The translations under genes and the position numbers were made by a program. A DNA stretch of 64,000 nt, from the IMG/VR virus record IMGVR_UViG_3300037309_000179, positions 1 through 64,000 of that record. The stretch is one strand, 5' to 3'. The notes under the pieces were generated by a model, which worked only from the letters and a program-made list of their open reading frames with translations, had not been told where the DNA came from and made no database searches. Positions 59,019 to 64,000 of the stretch are shown here, piece by piece. The stretch is from a virus. Position 1 is the stretch's first letter. Each line of letters begins with the position of its first letter.

Positions 59019-59288
59019 GTGACACTCGTAGCCGAGGCGAGCGTGGCGAAACAGGAGCGGGACGGCGGGCCGCCCCCGCGGAAGACGAAGCACGTGCGGG
59101 TGCGCACCGACCTGGCGGTCATGATCACCGAGATCTGCAAGTACCTGAAGCAGGACCAGTCCGACTACCTGGACCAGATCCTGCGGCGGTCGGTGGTCCC
59201 GAAGCACCGGGAGCTGAAGCCGCTCATCGACCGGCAGAAGGCTGAGGCGGAGAAGGCCCGCCGTCAGGCGGGGGACAGCCCGGGCTGA
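59019..59288 (+). CDS. Ribbon-helix-helix regulator (CI-like position)
   Basis: GTG 59019 after GGAG. KHVRVRTDLAVMITEICKYLKQDQSDYLDQILRRSV. Confidence 0.6.
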   Translation: MTLVAEASVAKQERDGGPPPRKTKHVRVRTDLAVMITEICKYLKQDQSDYLDQILRRSVVPKHRELKPLIDRQKAEAEKARRQAGDSPG

Positions 59289-59472
59289 CCGCCCCGGCGG
59301 CCGGCCCGCCGACCTGAACCACGTCGTCGTACCCGCCCGATTCGTGGTGGACGGTGAGCGCCGCCCAGTCCCAGTCCGCCCCCCAGCACGCGTCGACCAA
59401 CTTCCGGACCTCTATCCGCAACTGCTCGACGGTCATGCCCCACCCCTTCCCGGAGAACCGCTCGTGGTCCCG

Positions 59473-59727
59473 ATGATCGGCGTCCTAATTGGCGTGTACG
59501 CCTGTGCCCGGCTAATCACGGCCGCCGCGATGGTGCCCGGCGACCCGACCGCCCGCGAGCACAGGCGGCGGGTGACGCTCGTCGTCCTCGTCACCTTCCC
59601 CGCCGCCCTGGCGGTCGGCTACCTCACCTTCCAGCTGTCCCAGGCCGGGACTCGGACGCCCGACCCCGAGTCCCGGCTGCCGACCCGTCACCCGGTCGAG
59701 CCGGTGCCGCCGCCGCTCACCCGCTGA
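59473..59727 (+). CDS. Small two-TM membrane protein
   Basis: ATG 59473. MIGVLIGVYACARLITAAAMV...VTLVVLVTFPAALAVGYLTF. Confidence 0.4.
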   Translation: MIGVLIGVYACARLITAAAMVPGDPTAREHRRRVTLVVLVTFPAALAVGYLTFQLSQAGTRTPDPESRLPTRHPVEPVPPPLTR

Positions 59728-59846
59728 CCGCCGGTCGGGGGTGCGTCCGGCCCGTCCGCGTGCGACAATCCCGTGGCCGCCGCCCCGGCGTCCGAGCAGC
59801 CCCGCCGGCTGCCGCCGGGCGGCCGCGCCCCCACGGGAGTTCTTTC

Positions 59847-60116
59847 ATGTCCACCTTCGCCGCGAAACTGCTGCTGGCGTCCGCGCTCGTGTCGACCGGC
59901 ATCCTCGCCACCGCCGGGGCGGTGGCATTCGCCGGGCCGGCGACGCCGGAGGCCCCGCCGGCGTGCCTGTGGCGGTACACCGGGCCGGTGTCCGGCTGGC
60001 AGCTGGTGTCCGACGGCTGCCACGGCGCCTGCACCGCCCCGCCCGGGCCGGGCGACTACGTCGGCCAGCAGGACTTCACTCCGTGTGACGCGACCGCTTC
60101 CGGTCCAGGGCGGTGA
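59847..60116 (+). CDS. Small secreted Cys-containing protein
   Basis: ATG 59847 after GGGAG. MSTFAAKLLLASALVSTGILATAGAVAFA is signal-peptide-like. Confidence 0.45.
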   Translation: MSTFAAKLLLASALVSTGILATAGAVAFAGPATPEAPPACLWRYTGPVSGWQLVSDGCHGACTAPPGPGDYVGQQDFTPCDATASGPGR

Positions 60117-60723
60117 GCACCAGCGCCGAGTCCCGGTAGCCCGCCTCCGCCGCCCGCTGGTACCACCAGCGGGCCTGCCGCTCGTCCCCCCGGCCCAGGG
60201 CGATCTCCCCGCGGAGGTGCCACCCGGCCGGGGTGTCCAGCTCCAGGTCGATCAGCCGCCGGGCGGCGTCGTACTCCCCGGCCGCGATCAGCTTCACCGC
60301 CCGCCCCTCGGCCGCCCCCGGGTCCGGCCGGCCGCTCGCCCCGGCCCCGGCCGCCGCCGGCCACGCCAGCCAGGCCGCCACCGCCAGACCGACCGCCACC
60401 GCCGCCGCCCCGCCGGCGGCCGCCGGGCGGTCCCGCACCGCCGCCGTCAGGGCGGCCAAGTGGTGCCCCGCCCCGGCCACCCCGGCGGCCGTCTCCCGCG
60501 CCGCGACCCGGGCGTCTTCCACCGCCGCCCGCGCCCGCGGCACGTCCGCCGCCGCGGCCAGCGCCGCGGCCGCCGCCGCGATGTGCTCGCGGGTGCGGCC
60601 CACCCCCGTCTCGGCCAGCCGCAGGAACGCCGCCGCCTTGCCCGCCGGGGTGCCCGGCAGCGGCGTCGGCGGCTCCACGTCGCACTCGCACTCGCTCTCG
60701 CACCGGCGGCCGGGGTGACTCAC
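60076..60723 (-). CDS. Membrane-anchored protein with C-terminal Sel1/TPR-like repeat
   Basis: 215 aa. Ala-rich, TM segment AVAVGLAVAAWLAW. C-terminus GEYDAARRLIDL...RWWYQRAAEAGY. Confidence 0.45.
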   Translation of the reverse strand: MSHPGRRCESECECDVEPPTPLPGTPAGKAAAFLRLAETGVGRTREHIAAAAAALAAAADVPRARAAVEDARVAARETAAGVAGAGHHLAALTAAVRDRPAAAGGAAAVAVGLAVAAWLAWPAAAGAGASGRPDPGAAEGRAVKLIAAGEYDAARRLIDLELDTPAGWHLRGEIALGRGDERQARWWYQRAAEAGYRDSALVLTALDRKRSRHTE

Positions 60724-60816
60724 GGGCGGCTCCTGGGATGGCGGGTATGGTACAGCGGGCGGGACCGGGGGGCGCGCCCCGTTTTCCGGCGGGGCGCGGC
60801 CCGCCGGGCGGAACCG

Positions 60817-61173
60817 CTAGCCCGGCCGCGGGTTGGCGAGACGCAAAAACCCGTCCCCGTCGGCCGCGATCAGCCCGTGGGCGGCCAGCCGGACCAGCCG
60901 GTCGCGGAACCCGCCGCACCAGGCGTACCCGGTCCCCTCGGCCACCTGCCGCGGGGAGAGCGGGTGCGGGCTGTCCCGCAGCAGGGCGAGGATCGCCTCC
61001 CCCCACGCCGTCTTGGCAAGGTCCGGCGGGGCCGGCGGGGGGACGGACAGGTCGGCGATCGGTCGGCCGTCGGCGTCGAACGGCACCACCCGCGCGACCA
61101 GCCGGCCGTCGCACACCAGCCCGTGGCGGATGACGGCGCGGAGGTCGGGCGGGGACGGCGGGCAGGCGGACAT
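60817..61173 (-). CDS. Winged-helix-like DNA-binding protein
   Basis: ATG 61173. LSPRQVAEGTGYAWCGGFRDRLVRLAAHGLI. Confidence 0.45.
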   Translation of the reverse strand: MSACPPSPPDLRAVIRHGLVCDGRLVARVVPFDADGRPIADLSVPPPAPPDLAKTAWGEAILALLRDSPHPLSPRQVAEGTGYAWCGGFRDRLVRLAAHGLIAADGDGFLRLANPRPG

Positions 61174-61336
61174 GGGCGGGCACCGGGGCGGGCGGGGCGG
61201 GCGGTGGGGTGGGTGAAGGGGGATTGCGATCGGCGGCCGGGGGTGGACGCGGGTTCCGGAAAATTTTTCCCGCCGCGGTTCCCCCGCGGCCGGCGGTCGG
61301 GTATGCTGCCGCCCGCCACCCGGAAGGAGTCCGCTC

Positions 61337-61441
61337 ACGGGCCGCGTGTTCCGGCCCACCTACACCAAGTCCGGCCCCGGCGGCACCCGCGTGCGGAAGA
61401 AGGTGCGGGTGCGGTACACTGGCTGGCGGCGGGGGTGTTGA
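61337..61441 (+). pseudogene. Remnant of an integrase 5' end (34 codons, ACG where the start ATG should be)
   Basis: GGAAGGAG, then ACG GGC CGC GTG TTC... = (T)GRVFRPTYTKSGPGGTRVRKKVRVRYTGW. This parallels the intact integrase N-terminus MGRVFKPFWTKKGDPKRHYTKSYYAEYT. Stop at 61439-61441. Confidence 0.5.
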
Positions 61442-61456
61442 CGCACCCCCGCCGCC
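61425..61456. repeat. 13-bp-stem GC hairpin GGCGGCGGGGGTG-TTGACG-CACCCCCGCCGCC
   Basis: Read directly. Begins exactly where the integrase-remnant similarity ends. Confidence 0.85.
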
Positions 61457-61615
61457 CTAAACACAACCGCCTTCGTGGAGGACGGCTAGCCGCCGGAGAA
61501 ACCCAAGCCGGCCTCGCGCGTGACTACCGGGTCAGCACGGCCGCCATTCACTTCATCCACACCGGCCGCAGTCGGACCAGCGTGCCGGCCGTCCCAACCC
61601 AGGAGGGGAACGGCG

Positions 61616-62845
61616 ATGGGCAGAGTGTTCAAGCCATTTTGGACGAAGAAGGGTGACCCGAAGAGACACTATACAAAGTCATATTATGCGGAGTACACCG
61701 ACGCCGCCGGCCGGCAGCGGCGGGCGAAGGGGTTCGCCGACCGCGGGGCGACGCTCCAGCTGCTCGCCCGGCTGGAGCGGGAGGCGGCGATGGTCCGCGC
61801 CGGGCTGCTCCCGCCCGGGGCGGCCGATCTGGCCCGCCCGCTGGCGGCGCTGTTCGCCGAGTACGCCGGACTGCTGGAGGCCCGGCAGCTGGCCGCCCGG
61901 CACGTGCGGAACGTGCGGGCCTGGGTGCCGGCGGTGCTGGCCGCCTGCAAGTGGCACCGGGTGGCGGACGTCGACGCCGACCGGCTGGTCGGCTGGGCGG
62001 GGGCGAAGCGGGCGGGCGGGTGCAGCCCGGCGACGGTGAACGGGCACCTGAGTGCGGTGAAGGCGTTCGTCCGGTGGGCGTGCGGGAAGGCCGGGGTGGC
62101 GTACCCGCTGGGCGGGGTGCGGCGGCTGAACGAGGCGGTGGACCGCCGCCGCAGCCGCCGCATCCCCACCCCGGACGAGCTGGCCCGGCTGATCGCCGCC
62201 GCCCCGGCCAACCGCCGCCGCCGCGGGGTGGCGGTGGGCGGGGCGGACCGGGCCATGCTGTACCGGGTGGCCGCCGGCACCGGGCTGCGGGCGAGCGAGC
62301 TGGCCAGCCTCACCCCGGACAGCTTCGACCTGTCCGCCCCGGCCGTCACCGTGGCGGCGGCGGACAGCAAGGGCCGGCGGGAGGAGGTGGTGCCGCTGCC
62401 GGCCGCGTTGGCCGCCGCCCTGCGGCCGTGGCTGGCGGGCAAGCCGCCGGGGGTGCGGGTGTGGCCGGGCGACTGGGCGAAGGTCCGCCGGCAGGTGGGC
62501 TGGCTGGCCTGGGACGTGCGGCGGGCCGGGGTCGCCGAGTTCGACGACCGGGGCGACCGGCTCACCTTCCACGCCTTCCGCGCGTACTACATCACCCACC
62601 TGATCCGGGCCGGGGCGGACGTCAAGCAGGTGCAGACGCTCGCCCGCCACCGCAACGTCGCCACCACCCTCGACCACTACGCGCGGGTGGACCCGGCCGC
62701 GCTGAAGGGTCTGGCCGACCGGCTGCCGGACCCGGACCGCTTGCGCGGGACTTGCGCGGGACTGCCGCCGATTGCCGCCGATTGCCGCCGAAAGCGTGGG
62801 CGGACCGCCACCGCCGCGGCGTTCCGGCGGTCCGCCGGAACGTGA
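61616..62845 (+). CDS. int: Tyrosine recombinase / phage integrase
   Basis: ATG 61616 after AGGAGG. GLRASELASL (Arg), HAFRAYYITHL (HxxR) and LARHRNVATTLDHYARV (His...Tyr) form the catalytic set. Confidence 0.85.
   Translation: MGRVFKPFWTKKGDPKRHYTKSYYAEYTDAAGRQRRAKGFADRGATLQLLARLEREAAMVRAGLLPPGAADLARPLAALFAEYAGLLEARQLAARHVRNVRAWVPAVLAACKWHRVADVDADRLVGWAGAKRAGGCSPATVNGHLSAVKAFVRWACGKAGVAYPLGGVRRLNEAVDRRRSRRIPTPDELARLIAAAPANRRRRGVAVGGADRAMLYRVAAGTGLRASELASLTPDSFDLSAPAVTVAAADSKGRREEVVPLPAALAAALRPWLAGKPPGVRVWPGDWAKVRRQVGWLAWDVRRAGVAEFDDRGDRLTFHAFRAYYITHLIRAGADVKQVQTLARHRNVATTLDHYARVDPAALKGLADRLPDPDRLRGTCAGLPPIAADCRRKRGRTATAAAFRRSAGT
62740..62793. repeat. Short tandem repeats in the integrase 3' end: CTTGCGCGGGA x2, then GCCGCCGATT x2 plus GCCGCCGAAA
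   Basis: 62740-62750 and 62751-62761; 62764, 62774 and 62784. Related CGCTTGCG(C) copies at 62913, 63001 and 63012. Confidence 0.85.
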
Positions 62846-62966
62846 CGAAACCGCTAGAAACCCAGCGGGCCAGCGAGCGGTCCGCCGGACCCGCCCGGCC
62901 CGCCGCCCGGCCCGCTTGCGGAACCGCTCCAGCCAGTCGAGCTGGATGGCGGATCTGCGGACCGCC

Positions 62967-63449
62967 TCATTTCCGTGGGGGTTTCGCCCGACCCGCCGCC
63001 CGCTTGCGCCCCGCTTGCGCGGCGGCGGCCGGACCGACGGCGGGCGGGGGCAGCCGCTTCGCCCGGGCGAACGCCTCCAGCGCCGTCTTCACCTGGAACC
63101 CCCGCTTCAGCCCGGTGCGGCGGCACAGCTCGGCCACCACCGGCTTGAACGCCGCGTCCACCCGCACCTCGGCGTACTCCAGCCCGTCCAGCCGGCGGGT
63201 CCGCGGGGCGAGCGGCTTCCTGGTCACCCGCTGCCCGGACAGCGGCCCGGCGGGCAGCCCGGCCACCGCCGGCTCCCCCGCGCGGGCCAGCCGCCGGCAG
63301 TACCACAGGAGCACCACCTCCATCAGCTCGCCGGCCGTGCGGTGGCCGGCCGACTCGCCGATCCGCGCGTCCAGCCACGGCACCCACGCCATCGGCACGT
63401 ACAGGTTGTACCCGGCCCGCCGCCCCGCCTTCGGGTCGCCCGCCCTCAT
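62967..63449 (-). CDS. Hypothetical protein
   Basis: 160 aa from ATG 63449 after GGAGGGAG. Confidence 0.45.
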   Translation of the reverse strand: MRAGDPKAGRRAGYNLYVPMAWVPWLDARIGESAGHRTAGELMEVVLLWYCRRLARAGEPAVAGLPAGPLSGQRVTRKPLAPRTRRLDGLEYAEVRVDAAFKPVVAELCRRTGLKRGFQVKTALEAFARAKRLPPPAVGPAAAAQAGRKRAAGRAKPPRK

Positions 63450-63562
63450 AGGCTCCCTCCGTTTGATCCCCCGGCGTGCAGGATAGCCCGCCGGCCCGGC
63501 CGGGGCAACGCGAACGGGCCGGGGCGGGTGCCCCGGCCCGCCGCCCCCACCCCCGACCGGCC

Positions 63563-63868
63563 TCAGCCGGCGAACGTCTCCGGCGTCTGCCCATTCTTGA
63601 TCGCGTCCAGAATCCGCTGCACCAGGTCGGCGATCTGCGGGCCGAACTGGATCACCAGTTGGAGGATCACCCCGAACCACGTGCCGGCCGCCACCCCGCT
63701 CAACCCGCCCGTCTCCCGCAACTGTCGCATCACCTCCAGCACCGCCCGCAGGCGGGTGAACCCGGCCCCCTTCGCTTTCGGCGCCGCCTCCTCGTCGATC
63801 CCTGCCTTGAACGCCTCGAACAAATTGAACTCGTCGTGCCCGGGGTGGGCCGTCGTCGTCGCGTCCAT
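63563..63868 (-). CDS. Hypothetical protein
   Basis: 101 aa from ATG 63868 (MDATTTAHPGHDEFNLFEAF...). Confidence 0.45.
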   Translation of the reverse strand: MDATTTAHPGHDEFNLFEAFKAGIDEEAAPKAKGAGFTRLRAVLEVMRQLRETGGLSGVAAGTWFGVILQLVIQFGPQIADLVQRILDAIKNGQTPETFAG

Positions 63869-64000
63869 CGTCGCACCTCGTTTGGGTTGGGCGAAGGTCG
63901 AACAGGGGACCGGCCGACGCCGCCCGTCGGCCGCGGTCGGGGTCACCGCCACTCCCACCGGACGACCCGGACGCACCGCCCGTGGCGGCACTCCAGGTGC

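Larger units (their letters stand above)
1..64000. mobile_element. Temperate siphovirus-like prophage or phage genome segment; ends not identifiable inside the window
   Basis: Contiguous phage gene content from 5 to 63868: terminase, portal, HK97-fold capsid, tape measure, RecT/exonuclease, RusA, methyltransferases, tyrosine integrase. No host housekeeping genes seen. Confidence 0.8.

Noticed and set aside
59224-59436. A 70-aa minus-strand ORF convergent with the plus-strand RHH gene
   Set aside because: Its 3' third overlaps the RHH gene by 64 nt and looks like noise. The N-terminal part is plausible but unsupported.
1-64000. Canonical cas genes (cas1, cas2, cas4, cas3, cas9, cascade subunits) to go with the array
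   Set aside because: None of the credible ORFs shows their hallmark motifs. The HNH protein at 34630-35037 is a small stand-alone phage HNH endonuclease, not Cas9.

Overview
The window is very GC-rich (roughly 70% by eye, with GGAGG-type ribosome-binding sites) and is phage from end to end. I saw no host housekeeping genes and could not place either prophage end inside it.

Layout:
- 5-3728 (-): two beta-helix tail-fibre / tail-spike genes.
- 3862-21789 (+): a classic HK97-type siphovirus late module. It runs P27-type small terminase, large terminase, portal, protease/scaffold, HK97-fold capsid, connector and tail-completion genes, major tail, chaperone with a -1 frameshift, tape measure, then distal tail proteins.
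- 21709-30094 (-): small early/accessory genes, including ASCH, a zinc ribbon and DUF932.
- 30601-32337 (+): a ParB-like gene plus an ABC-ATPase/GNAT-like pair.
- 33191-58894 (-): a long, tightly coupled early region. It includes HNH, DUF4326, two DNA methyltransferases, a J-domain protein, a sigma-region-4-like HTH, RusA, MazG-like, RdgC-like, a replication organiser, HD hydrolase, RecT and a YqaJ-type exonuclease.
- 58685-59288: a divergent pair of paralogous ribbon-helix-helix regulators that looks like a lysis/lysogeny switch.
- 61616-62845 (+): a tyrosine integrase.

Two TIGR02996-like N-terminal domains hint at a Planctomycete (Gemmata-like) or myxobacterial host.

The standout is a phage-borne minimal CRISPR locus. 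A 6-repeat, 5-spacer array sits at 36037-36443. It starts 146 nt beyond the end of a 448-aa ORF (36590-37936, minus strand). The C-terminal part of that ORF resembles the RuvC-II block of TnpB/type V effectors, but it stops before the zinc finger and third catalytic motif. No adaptation or other cas genes occur in the 64 kb.

Other observations:
- a conserved 18-20 bp palindrome at five operon heads
- a 41-bp inverted repeat beside the terminase genes
- two non-canonical tRNA-like elements
- iteron-like repeats inside the replication gene
- a C5-methyltransferase lacking motif I
- a frame-disrupted gene
- an integrase N-terminal remnant

Many long ORFs in the track are off-frame or antisense artefacts of the GC content. 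Start codons were refined by hand from RBS and ATGA/GTGA coupling and remain provisional. No lysis cassette was recognised.
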